A stretch of 36,364 nt of DNA, taken from contig CAZSVI010000022.1 of NCBI GenBank assembly GCA_964610205.1, forward strand, positions 1-36,364, in the 5' to 3' direction. Source of the DNA: an uncultured Oscillospiraceae bacterium. GTDB taxonomy: Bacteria > Bacillota > Clostridia > DSM-8532. The notes beneath the pieces are model-generated. The model made no database searches, was not told the DNA's origin, and saw only the letters and a program-made list of their open reading frames with translations. Each line of letters begins with the position of its first letter. Position 1 is the first letter of the stretch. Below are positions 28,770 to 36,310 of the stretch, piece after piece. The translations under genes and the position numbers were made by a program.

Positions 28770-28905
28770 TTGCGTGCCAAAACGCGGGCGCTTTAGCGCC
28801 TACATAACGCGTTTTGGCACGCAACGCGCCGCGAGCGTTTTATCAAACGCCCCTAAGACTCCCGCCTATAGAGGCAGGGGTCTTAGGGGCGTTTGATAAA
28901 AACAG
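28770..28905. repeat. nested-palindrome element A: 17-bp inverted arms around an inner 5-bp hairpin, plus a 68-nt near-perfect hairpin
   Basis: Outer arms TTGCGTGCCAAAACGCG and CGCGTTTTGGCACGCAA enclose the inner hairpin GGCGC-TTTA-GCGCC. The large hairpin is TTTTATCAAACGCCCCTAAGAC...GTCTTAGGGGCGTTTGATAAAAA (28837-28901) and contains the ecfT stop codon. Element A fills the entire ecfT-iorA intergenic space. A homologous copy B at 32772-32850 lacks the 68-nt hairpin. Confidence 0.6.
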
Positions 28906-29653
28906 CTGAGACTGCCAAAATGACGGAAAACAGCAATACCGCGATGTCCGCCCTTTTTATTGCGTATTCTTTGTAACAGCTGTTTTTCGTACGTAAATAA
29001 AAGCCCCGTATTTCCGCTGATATGGCGCTTCCTTCAATTTTTCTGACCGATGTAATCAGCAGGGGTACGCACAAAGGAAAGATAAGCTTAATTTTTTTAA
29101 ATGGATTCCCCGTATCCATTTGGACTCCCCGTGACGTTTGCGCTTCCATAATTCCGGACATTTCATTTGCAAATATTGGTATAAAACGCATGGCCGTCGT
29201 AAGTGTGAAAGCATACTTGTAAGGTATTCCAAGTTTTGTCACTAAAACATTTGACAAATCGTTCATCTGTGTAATGGACAACATAAGGGCTAGCGGCATT
29301 GTAGCCGATATAAGGCGAAGCACAATGATGAATCCTGTGGAAATACCCATATCGGTTATAAGCAGATTCAGGGGCAGTTTAAGCAGCGCATTCCCTTCTT
29401 TGATAAACAAAACCTGCAACAGAAAAATAAAAACGGACAGTTTGGCAAGTCCCTTCAGAAGCATCACGCCGCGTTGGAATAGTCCTGCCATTGCCGCAAT
29501 TGCAAGGTTAAAAAGTATTAACGATAACAAAAACAAATGACTTTTGCTTATAAAGCCCGATACACATATCATAAAGGCCAGTATAAGCTTTGTCAAAGGG
29601 TTCAGTACATGGAAAAGGGATTTACCCGGTATATAATCAAGAAAACCTTTCAT
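28883..29653 (-). CDS. ecfT: ECF transporter transmembrane (T) component
   Basis: 256 aa polytopic protein with the EcfT/CbiQ-family fold. The ATG at 29653 is 9 nt after AAAGGA and overlaps the upstream ATPase gene. The track's earlier ATG at 29671 has no SD. Confidence 0.8.
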   Translation of the reverse strand: MKGFLDYIPGKSLFHVLNPLTKLILAFMICVSGFISKSHLFLLSLILFNLAIAAMAGLFQRGVMLLKGLAKLSVFIFLLQVLFIKEGNALLKLPLNLLITDMGISTGFIIVLRLISATMPLALMLSITQMNDLSNVLVTKLGIPYKYAFTLTTAMRFIPIFANEMSGIMEAQTSRGVQMDTGNPFKKIKLIFPLCVPLLITSVRKIEGSAISAEIRGFYLRTKNSCYKEYAIKRADIAVLLFSVILAVSAVFIKRP

Positions 29654-30467
29654 TAACAAGCATCCTTTCATCAGTCATTCTGTAGGAGATGGCGCGAACC
29701 ATTTCTTCAACGAAAAAAACATCTTCAAAACCTTTGCCCAGGCGAAGGGCAAGACGGGCTATCTGCGGCGGGAGGACAGAAGCCTTCTCCAGAGCCTCCT
29801 CCAGGCGAAAAACCTCTTTTGTTTTTCCGTCGGCCAGAAGCCTTCCCTCCGATAATACAAGAACACGTTCGGCAAAATCAAGAACAACCTCCATATCATG
29901 GCAAATCATAATTACGGTTACACCCTTATGATTCAATTCCTTTATAAACCCCATAATTTTCATGCATTCAACATAATCCAACCCGGTGGTAGGCTCATCA
30001 AGAATAAGTATTTCAGGTTCAACCGCGATGATGGAGGCAAGAGCCACCCGTTGTCTTTCCCCCCTGCTTAAATTGAAAGGATTGCTGTCCGGATTGAAAT
30101 CAAAGTCGGACAGTACTTTTTCAAGGCGTTCTCTGATTATAAAGCTGTCCTTATAAGCAAGCTTAAGACCGAACAATAGTTCTTCCCGGATGGTGTTTTT
30201 GCATATTTGCCTGTCGGGATTCTGGAACAGGAAACCGATACTGTGCGCAAGCATGCTTGGTTTTGTTGTCCGGGTATCCATGCCTTTTATAAGGATCGAG
30301 CCCGACTGAGGCTTAAAAAGCCCGTTCAAAAGCTTGCACAGTGTCGACTTCCCGGCTCCGTTCGAACCGATAATGGCTGCGAATTCGCCTTTTCTAATAT
30401 GAAACGACAAGTTTTTTATAGTATTTTCCTTATCATACGTAAAGGACACATCCCTCACATCAACCAT
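29637..30467 (-). CDS. ecfA: ECF transporter ATPase component A' (EcfA2)
   Basis: Walker A GSNGAGKST, signature LSRGERQRV, Walker B ILILDEP. The ATG at 30467 (MVDVRDVSF) follows GGAG and lies 2 nt after the stop of the upstream ATPase. Confidence 0.85.
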   Translation of the reverse strand: MVDVRDVSFTYDKENTIKNLSFHIRKGEFAAIIGSNGAGKSTLCKLLNGLFKPQSGSILIKGMDTRTTKPSMLAHSIGFLFQNPDRQICKNTIREELLFGLKLAYKDSFIIRERLEKVLSDFDFNPDSNPFNLSRGERQRVALASIIAVEPEILILDEPTTGLDYVECMKIMGFIKELNHKGVTVIMICHDMEVVLDFAERVLVLSEGRLLADGKTKEVFRLEEALEKASVLPPQIARLALRLGKGFEDVFFVEEMVRAISYRMTDERMLVNERFS

Positions 30468-31302
30468 AAATAATGCTCCTGACCATGGTTTCGGCTTCAT
30501 CAATGCATAGACACACTTCTCCGCTGCCTGCGTTTATTTCCTTCAGTTTGTTTGAGAGGGTAACGATCCTTGGACAGTTTATTCCGATTTTTTCAAGCTC
30601 GGCGCTGTTTTTCAACACGTCCCGTACCCTTCCGTTCAAAATGATTCTTCCCTTGCTCATTACCGCCAAATTTCGAGCATATTCACAAAGGAGCATAATT
30701 TTTTGTTCAACGATCACAATGGTTATTCCCTGTTTTTCATTTAATTCTCTGAGTATCCGGAAAATCTGCACCGAGCTTTTAGGATCAAGATCGCTTGTAG
30801 GTTCATCCAGAAGAAGCACTTTCGGCCGTAACGCCAATATAGCCGCAATTGCAACCTTCTGCTTCTGACCCCCGCTTAACGAATCGATGCTTCTGTATCT
30901 GAGCGGTGCTATCCCTACCGCTTCAAGGGAGGAAGACAGCCGTTCTTCTATTGCCTCTCTCGGTATTGATAAATTTTCAAGACCATACAGAATTTCATCC
31001 TCAACAACAGAAGAAACCATCTGGCTGTCAATGTCCTGAAGCAGGCTTCCTATTCTCAGCGATAAAACGCCGGGCGTGGTGTCAAAGGTGTCGTCGCCGT
31101 CTATTTTTACACTGCCATAGTAGTCGCCCTGGTAATGGTGCGGTATAATACCGTTAATGGCGTATGTAAGGGTTGATTTGCCTGCGCCGCTCTCCCCGAT
31201 AATACCAAGGAAGTCCCCGTCGTCAATATTAAGATTAATGTTAAAAAGCGCGTTGTCCTTACCGCTTTTATACTTAAAGGTAAGGTTTTCAATAGTGATC
31301 AT
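30460..31302 (-). CDS. ecfA: ECF transporter ATPase component A (EcfA1)
   Basis: Walker A GESGAGKST, signature LSGGQKQKV, Walker B LLLDEP. SD GGAGG 6 nt upstream. Confidence 0.85.
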   Translation of the reverse strand: MITIENLTFKYKSGKDNALFNINLNIDDGDFLGIIGESGAGKSTLTYAINGIIPHHYQGDYYGSVKIDGDDTFDTTPGVLSLRIGSLLQDIDSQMVSSVVEDEILYGLENLSIPREAIEERLSSSLEAVGIAPLRYRSIDSLSGGQKQKVAIAAILALRPKVLLLDEPTSDLDPKSSVQIFRILRELNEKQGITIVIVEQKIMLLCEYARNLAVMSKGRIILNGRVRDVLKNSAELEKIGINCPRIVTLSNKLKEINAGSGEVCLCIDEAETMVRSIIYG

Positions 31303-31320
31303 GGCTGCCTCCGACTTTGA

Positions 31321-31878
31321 CTATTCCTGCTTTAACGCAATCCTCAGCGGTACGTACAATACCTGGACAATAACCGTATTAATGAGGGCCGTACCAAGAA
31401 CAATGGGGATATATGCCGCAAGTGTCGCGCTTGTGGCCCCGAGGAAAATAAACAGGCAGGATACAAACAATCCGCCGCTCACTACGGTGCTGACGAAGGT
31501 TGAAATGGCAGGGGTAAAGCTAACTTTGCCGATATTGATTACCAACTTAATCATAAGTGCCATAACAACCGCTCCCGCCAGTTCGGATACGAAATTCAAA
31601 TAGGGCGTGCCCGGAAAAAATTGGCATACCGCGCCTGCAAGCAAACCAATGGCCGCACTCTCATATATCTTTGGTTTAATCAGTAAAATCCCAAGGCAGT
31701 ACATGGCAATAATAAAATTGGGTTTTACTCCTCCGATGTTGATTACCGAGCCGGCGAAATATTTCAGTACCGCTCCGGCCGCAAGCAATACTCCGATTAG
31801 AATGAAATCCCTGACCGACACCCCTTTTTTGTCTGTTGCCTTTAATTCCCTCTTTTGCGAAGCATGTAAACTTTCCAT
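31321..31878 (-). CDS. ECF transporter substrate-specific (S) component, TrpP-like (putative tryptophan transporter)
   Basis: 185 aa, about six TM helices. Blocks of similarity to Bacillus TrpP/YhaG (IGVLLAAGAVL, KPNFIIAMYCLGILL, FFPGTPYLNF), recalled from memory. Preceded by a T-box leader whose specifier reads UGG. SD GGAAAGGAG. Confidence 0.5.
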   Translation of the reverse strand: MESLHASQKRELKATDKKGVSVRDFILIGVLLAAGAVLKYFAGSVINIGGVKPNFIIAMYCLGILLIKPKIYESAAIGLLAGAVCQFFPGTPYLNFVSELAGAVVMALMIKLVINIGKVSFTPAISTFVSTVVSGGLFVSCLFIFLGATSATLAAYIPIVLGTALINTVIVQVLYVPLRIALKQE

Positions 31879-32124
31879 AAAAACTCCTTTCCCTGCGGGT
31901 TACCCACACATTAAATAATTTAACTTTCATAAGGTTCTACCGGGTGTGCCCATGTTGATTGTCAGGCAGGAAAAGCTTTGCTTTTGCAGGTCCGGACTAT
32001 CATAGCAAACCGGGTTTTCCTGCCAATCCGGGAGGTCTTCGGCTTTTGCTTCGGTAATCTTGCTGCTTGTCAGGCTTACTTACGGATATATATCCATAAA
32101 CATAAGATCAACACAACGGAGTTT

Positions 32125-32400
32125 TCCATGAAATTAAAAACAGTCTGCCCTTGTTAAAGGACAGACTGTAATAATCTGCGGTACCACCTTTATTGATCAA
32201 CAATGATCCACTCAAACAAAAATGCCAACACATTTTTTATCATTAACGCTGATACACGTCTTGGATACTGGGCATAAAGGATATGCTTTTCACCTTGCCT
32301 TCAGTGGTCCATTTATCAAACCGCTCTCCGCAGGCTTCTCAGCAAATAACCCGCTCTCTGTACGGCGCATTTTTTGATTTTATCTCCACATCATCAGTTT
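32125..32400 (-). promoter_or_regulatory. T-box riboswitch leader (tRNA-sensing antitermination), specifier probably UGG (Trp)
   Basis: Minus-strand RNA carries the canonical T-box AAAGG-UGGUACC-GCAG (antiterminator 7-nt bulge UGGUACC) immediately 5' of the terminator. The Stem-I base has a K-turn/GA motif (CUGAUGAUGUGG ... CCACUGAAGG). The specifier-loop 3' side AUAAA-UGG-A-CCAC puts UGG in the codon position followed by the conserved A. AG-rich AGAGAG/GGAGAG elements sit in the distal part. The AUG reading is one base out of register. Confidence 0.7.
32131..32169 (-). terminator. intrinsic terminator of the T-box leader (expression platform)
   Basis: Minus-strand ACAGUCUGUCC-UUUAACAA-GGGCAGACUGU followed by UUUUUAAUUU. 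Its 5' half (CCUUU, UCUGU) can instead pair with the T-box AAAGG and GCAGA to form the antiterminator. Confidence 0.7.
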
Positions 32401-32405
32401 AGTGA

Positions 32406-32435
32406 AGTATACCACGATTAGAATTTTCCTGTCAA
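32406..32435 (-). promoter_or_regulatory. promoter of the T-box/ECF operon (TTGACA-18-TATACT on the minus strand)
   Basis: rc(32430-32435)=TTGACA, rc(32406-32411)=TATACT. Confidence 0.55.
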
Positions 32436-32482
32436 GAAAAAATTTTTAGTTTATGAATATGAAAACCTAATTTTTATAGCAA

Positions 32483-32517
32483 TAGAGGTGGGGGACATTT
32501 TAGTTCCTCGTTACAGC
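32483..32517 (-). repeat. copy 3 (inverted) of the ~35-nt intergenic motif
   Basis: rc reads CTGTAACGAGGAACTAAAATGTCCCCCACCTCTAT. Matches 28 of 34 positions of the copy at 35913. Confidence 0.5.
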
Positions 32518-32667
32518 ATAGTAAAACACAAATATCGTACGGATGGAATTTGAATCGATACTGTAAATCACACTTTTGAGGAAATAAATTGAACATTTGA
32601 CTTGAGCGATAATGGTGCGCACATGATATACATATTCTTTGAATGAAAAAACCTGATATATTAGAAA

Positions 32668-32698
32668 TTGATGGGAATCCATAGCAAACATATATAAT
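32668..32698 (+). promoter_or_regulatory. candidate promoter of the methionine-synthase operon (TTGATG-17-TATATA)
   Basis: TTGATG at 32668-32673 and TATATAAT at 32691-32698. The ~160-nt leader then contains a perfect 14-bp hairpin (32715-32745) and element B. Confidence 0.4.
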
Positions 32699-32771
32699 GC
32701 TTTTTATAGAAATAATATGCTTTATTGTGGTACAATAAAGCATATTCGCATTGGAAAGAATGCTGTTCGGA

Positions 32772-32850
32772 TTGCGTGCCAAAATGCGGGCGCTAAAGCG
32801 CAACCCTGCGTGTTTTGTGTGCAATGTGCGGCGAGCGCTTGATAAAAAAG
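32772..32850 (+). repeat. element B: homolog of element A lacking the 68-nt hairpin, in the 5' leader of the MetH operon
   Basis: TTGCGTGCCAAAATGCGGGCGCTAAAGCGC..CGTGTTTTGTGTGCAA..GCGGCGAGCGC-TTGATAAAAAAGCAGGAG aligns base-for-base with A. The right arm has diverged so that pairing is kept only via G·U wobbles in the plus-strand RNA. The inner hairpin is kept with a changed loop (UUUA to UAAA). The SD GGAG and the ATG follow directly. Confidence 0.6.
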
Positions 32851-32864
32851 CAGGAGCATTACAT

Positions 32865-33539
32865 ATGGGAGAAGTACATGTTTTTCAACATATTCAGGCC
32901 CCATACCGGAAGAGCTTGATATATACGCGGCTCGGTTATGAAAAAAAGAATACCCTCCTTGAACCCGAGCGAAGGAAACAGATGGACAGATGGATTCGGG
33001 AGGCGGAGTTACTTTGCAATGTTACTGTTATTTATAAAAAGGTGTGCATTAAGGTTAATGACCGTTGTGTTATTATACCGGAGGGAATTACGCTTGAAAG
33101 TACTTCCCTGGCCAAGCTTTTGGGAAATTCAGAGGAAGCGGTAATAATGGCTTCGACAGGCGGCTATGACATTATGAATCAGATCCAGAGGCTTCAGGAT
33201 ATGGATGAAATGGCAAGAGCACTGGTATACGATACTGCCGCGTCAGAAATTACCGATGCCGGTCTGGATTGGTTGATGGCATATCTAAAGCAGCAGTTGA
33301 CGCGAGAGGGTCAGACATTAACACATATGAGGTACAGCCCGGGTTACGGTGACCTTAAGCTTTACAATCAGATAGTTTTTTATAATCAACTGGAATTGGG
33401 AAAAGCAGGAGTAAAAATAACTCCCAAATATATGTTAATACCCGAGAAAACTGTAACAGCGATTGTTGGAATTCAAAAAGGCCGATTGAAGTTGGCAAGT
33501 AAGCAAGGGGGAGACGGTAATGACAAAACACCAGTTTAA
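32865..33539 (+). CDS. methionine synthase activation (AdoMet-binding, Met_synt_B12) domain protein, stand-alone
   Basis: MGEVHVF..., ending ...RYSPGYGDLKLYNQIVFYNQLELGKAGVKITPKYMLIPEKTVTAIVGI, the reactivation-domain signature. ATG at 32865 is 9 nt after GGAG and in the track frame. Overlaps metH by 20 nt. Confidence 0.75.
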   Translation: MGEVHVFQHIQAPYRKSLIYTRLGYEKKNTLLEPERRKQMDRWIREAELLCNVTVIYKKVCIKVNDRCVIIPEGITLESTSLAKLLGNSEEAVIMASTGGYDIMNQIQRLQDMDEMARALVYDTAASEITDAGLDWLMAYLKQQLTREGQTLTHMRYSPGYGDLKLYNQIVFYNQLELGKAGVKITPKYMLIPEKTVTAIVGIQKGRLKLASKQGGDGNDKTPV

Positions 33540-35910
33540 CGAATGGGTTTCAAATGGAATAAGGATTTTGGATGGAGCAACGGGAACACAGCTTCAGAAA
33601 TCAGGGATGCCCCTTGGTGTATGTCCTGAGAAATGGGTTCTTGAAAACCCGGATTCTATTGTTAATATTCAGTCCGAATATATCGAAAATGGTTCTGAGA
33701 TGATATATACCTGCACATTAGGTGCAAACAGTCTGAAACTAAAGGAATTTGGAATCGAACACACAGTCGGTATTAACCGTGAGCTTGCCAGGCTTTCAAA
33801 GGAAGCTGCCTCGGGGAGGGTTCCGGTAGCCGGGGATATCGCTCCTACCGGCCAACTGATGGAGCCCTTCGGCATGTATTCATTTGAGGAGATAGTTGAA
33901 ATTTACAAAGAACAGGTACAGGGGCTTTTGGAAGGCGGAGTTGATTTGTTTGTTGTTGAAACCATGATGGATATACAGGAGGCGCGGGCTGCGCTGCTGG
34001 CTGTGAAAGAGAGCTGTGATCTTCCCGTAATGGTGACGATGACCTTTGAACGGGGCGGTCATACGATAAACGGAACGGATCCTCTGACCGCATTGATTAC
34101 CCTTCAAAGCCTTGGCGCGGATGCAGTTGGATGCAATTGTTCCACAGGCCCCAAAGAGATGCTGGCGATTATCAGCGAATTGAAGCCCTTCGCGGGAGTT
34201 CCATTGATAGCCAAGCCGAACGCGGGCATGCCCAAACTTGTAAATGGAGAAACGGTGTTCGATATGGATGCCGGTGTGTTTGCGGGATATACCCAAGCTT
34301 TTATCGAAGCGGGAGTAAATCTGTTTGGTGGCTGCTGTGGGACGTCACCGGCATATATCAATAAAATTTCAAAAACAGCCCGTGGGCAAAAGGGTATAAA
34401 CATTAAGCATAAAGAAGGGGTTTTATTACTGTCATCCTCCCGGAAGACTGTATCCATCAGCAGAAGCCTGCCTCTTTGCGTTATCGGGGAACGGATTAAT
34501 CCAACCGGAAAGAAAAAACTGCGTGAGGAATTGCGGGAAGGCTCTATGGAACTCGTCACCGAATACGCGATGGATCAGATAGATGAAGGAGCGCTGGTTC
34601 TGGATGTGAATGCCGGTGTCCCGGATATTGATGAAGCAAAAACATTGACGGAAATGGTTAAAACCCTAAGTTCCATGGTTCAGGTTCCGCTATGCCTGGA
34701 TTCTTCATCGCCTCAGGCATTGGAGTCGGCTTTGAGAGTTTATCCCGGAAGAGCTTTGATTAACTCTATATCCGCCGAAGAGAAAAAACTGAAGGAAATC
34801 CTTCCGGTGGCCGCAAAGTACGGGGCCGCCTTTATTCTGCTTCCGTTGGATGACGAAGGGGTTCCCGAGAAGGCTGAGGAGAGAATAAGAATTATTCGAA
34901 AAGTATACAGTGAAGCACAAAAGTTTGGTTATTCCAAAGAGGATATTCTGGCGGACGGTCTTGTTATGACCATAGCCTCCAATCAGGAAGCCTCTCTGGA
35001 AGCCCTTAAAGTATTCAAGTGGAGTTATGAAGAGTTTGGTGTCAATACTGTAATGGGGTTGTCGAACATCTCGTTCGGACTTCCGGAAAGAGCCTGGATA
35101 AATACGGCTTTTCTTGCTATGGCAATATCACAAGGGCTATCGGCGGCTATTATGAATCCCGGTGCGGAAATATTGATGCATATTAAAAGAGCCGGTGATG
35201 CTCTAACCGGAAAGGACCACAGCAGTATACACTATATTAAAGCTTATGGAGAAAAAAACGGGACAAAAGAAGAGCGAAGACAGGGAGATCCTGTTTATAA
35301 TGCCATTTTGGAAGGCAGCAGGGAAGAAGGGCTTTCATCAATAAAAAAAGCGCTGAATAGTGGCGCAGCTCCTCAGGTATTGGTGGATCAGCACTTAATT
35401 CCGGCTATTACAAAAGTAGGGGAGCTGTATGCGAAAAGAGTGTATTTCCTGCCGCAGTTAATCCAGAGCGCTGAGACGATGAAAATTGCAATGGGTTTAT
35501 TAAGTCCGTTACTGGAGGCCGGCGGCAGCACCGGTAAAAAAGGCAGGATTGTTCTGGCGACAGTAAAAGGGGATATTCACGATATAGGAAAAAACATTGT
35601 GGGGCTTATGCTGAAAAATTATGGTTTTGAAGTGTTTGATCTGGGCAAGGATGTTTCCTGTGAAGCTATTATCAATAAAGCCCATGAATGCGGTGCGGAT
35701 ATAATTGCCCTGTCTGCCCTTATGACAACCACAATGGTGGAAATGCGACAGGTGGTAAAAAAAGTCCGGGAAGAAGGTATTCCGGCAAAAGTAATGATTG
35801 GCGGCGCCGTCGTTGACAAAGGTTATGCCGTGGAAATCGGAGCCGACGCTTACGCAGGGGATGCGTACATGGCGGTTAAAAAAGCCGAAATGCTGTTAAT
35901 TCATAAGTAG
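33520..35910 (+). CDS. metH: cobalamin-dependent methionine synthase, core (Hcy-binding + pterin-binding + B12 cap and Rossmann domains; no activation domain)
   Basis: 796 aa. The S-methyltransferase domain has a GGCCGT zinc site. A pterin-binding TIM barrel follows. The B12-binding motif DIHDIGKNIV (DxHxxG) is present. The activation domain is supplied by the upstream ORF. Confidence 0.85.
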   Translation: MTKHQFNEWVSNGIRILDGATGTQLQKSGMPLGVCPEKWVLENPDSIVNIQSEYIENGSEMIYTCTLGANSLKLKEFGIEHTVGINRELARLSKEAASGRVPVAGDIAPTGQLMEPFGMYSFEEIVEIYKEQVQGLLEGGVDLFVVETMMDIQEARAALLAVKESCDLPVMVTMTFERGGHTINGTDPLTALITLQSLGADAVGCNCSTGPKEMLAIISELKPFAGVPLIAKPNAGMPKLVNGETVFDMDAGVFAGYTQAFIEAGVNLFGGCCGTSPAYINKISKTARGQKGINIKHKEGVLLLSSSRKTVSISRSLPLCVIGERINPTGKKKLREELREGSMELVTEYAMDQIDEGALVLDVNAGVPDIDEAKTLTEMVKTLSSMVQVPLCLDSSSPQALESALRVYPGRALINSISAEEKKLKEILPVAAKYGAAFILLPLDDEGVPEKAEERIRIIRKVYSEAQKFGYSKEDILADGLVMTIASNQEASLEALKVFKWSYEEFGVNTVMGLSNISFGLPERAWINTAFLAMAISQGLSAAIMNPGAEILMHIKRAGDALTGKDHSSIHYIKAYGEKNGTKEERRQGDPVYNAILEGSREEGLSSIKKALNSGAAPQVLVDQHLIPAITKVGELYAKRVYFLPQLIQSAETMKIAMGLLSPLLEAGGSTGKKGRIVLATVKGDIHDIGKNIVGLMLKNYGFEVFDLGKDVSCEAIINKAHECGADIIALSALMTTTMVEMRQVVKKVREEGIPAKVMIGGAVVDKGYAVEIGADAYAGDAYMAVKKAEMLLIHK

Positions 35911-35912
35911 AG

Positions 35913-35948
35913 TTATAACGAGGAACCAAGATATCCCCCACCTCTATA
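35913..35948 (+). repeat. copy 2 of the ~35-nt intergenic motif (TTATAACGAGGAACCAAGATATCCCCCACCTCTAT)
   Basis: Begins 3 nt after the metH stop. Followed by the hairpin GGCCTGTATG...CATACAGGCC (35952-35987). Confidence 0.5.
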
Positions 35949-35951
35949 GGC

Positions 35952-35987
35952 GGCCTGTATGGTATGCTGTTTATAGGCATACAGGCC
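35952..35987 (+). terminator. stem-loop after metH (no U-tract)
   Basis: A 10-bp perfect stem GGCCTGTATG/CATACAGGCC. A second hairpin TTTTAGCCC-ctc-GGGCTAAAA lies at ~36006-36028. Confidence 0.4.
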
Positions 35988-36080
35988 ACGAATTAATGAA
36001 GTGTATTTTAGCCCCTCGGGCTAAAAGCACGTGGTGGCGGGTATGGGTTGTATATGGCATATAAATTTTCAGGAATAATC

Positions 36081-36109
36081 TTGACGAAATTCGGGGTGCA
36101 TGCTACAAT
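36081..36109 (+). promoter_or_regulatory. sigmaA promoter of the tRNA operon (TTGACG-17-TACAAT)
   Basis: TTGACG at 36081-36086 and TACAAT at 36104-36109, ~30 nt upstream of tRNA-Met. Confidence 0.6.
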
Positions 36110-36138
36110 GATAAAGCGTCTTAAGGATGCATACTCAC

Positions 36139-36215
36139 GGCGGCGTAGCTCAGTTGGCCAGAGCATGCGGTTCATACCCGCAGTGTCGGTGGTTCGACCC
36201 CACTCGCCGCTACCA
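36139..36215 (+). tRNA. tRNA-Met (CAU), elongator type, CCA encoded
   Basis: Cloverleaf GGCGGCG-UA-GCUC-AGUUGGCCA-GAGC-A-UGCGG-UUCAUAC-CCGCA-GUGUC-GGUGG-UUCGACC-CCACU-CGCCGCU-A-CCA. U8, A14, the T-loop UUCGA and A73 are present. It lacks the initiator C1:A72 mismatch and the three anticodon-stem G-C pairs. Near-identical to Bacillus elongator tRNA-Met. Confidence 0.85.
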
Positions 36216-36310
36216 TTTTAATGGCGAGAAGTGAGAGGTGAGAAGTGAGAAGGCAAATGGCTCAGCCAAAGCAAATCTCACTTGTTACATCCCACTTCTC
36301 CCATTATTAC

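Noticed and set aside
32200-32330. Cobalamin-riboswitch reading of the ECF leader (CCACUG box, GGUGAAAAG)
   Set aside because: Element order does not match the B12 aptamer. The same region is explained much better by the T-box Stem I K-turn plus specifier loop.
32700-32865. Expected S-box (SAM-I) or Met T-box in the metH leader
   Set aside because: None of the SAM-I conserved blocks (e.g. GAGGGA...GCAACC) or the T-box AGGGUGGNACCGCG is present. The leader instead carries element B.
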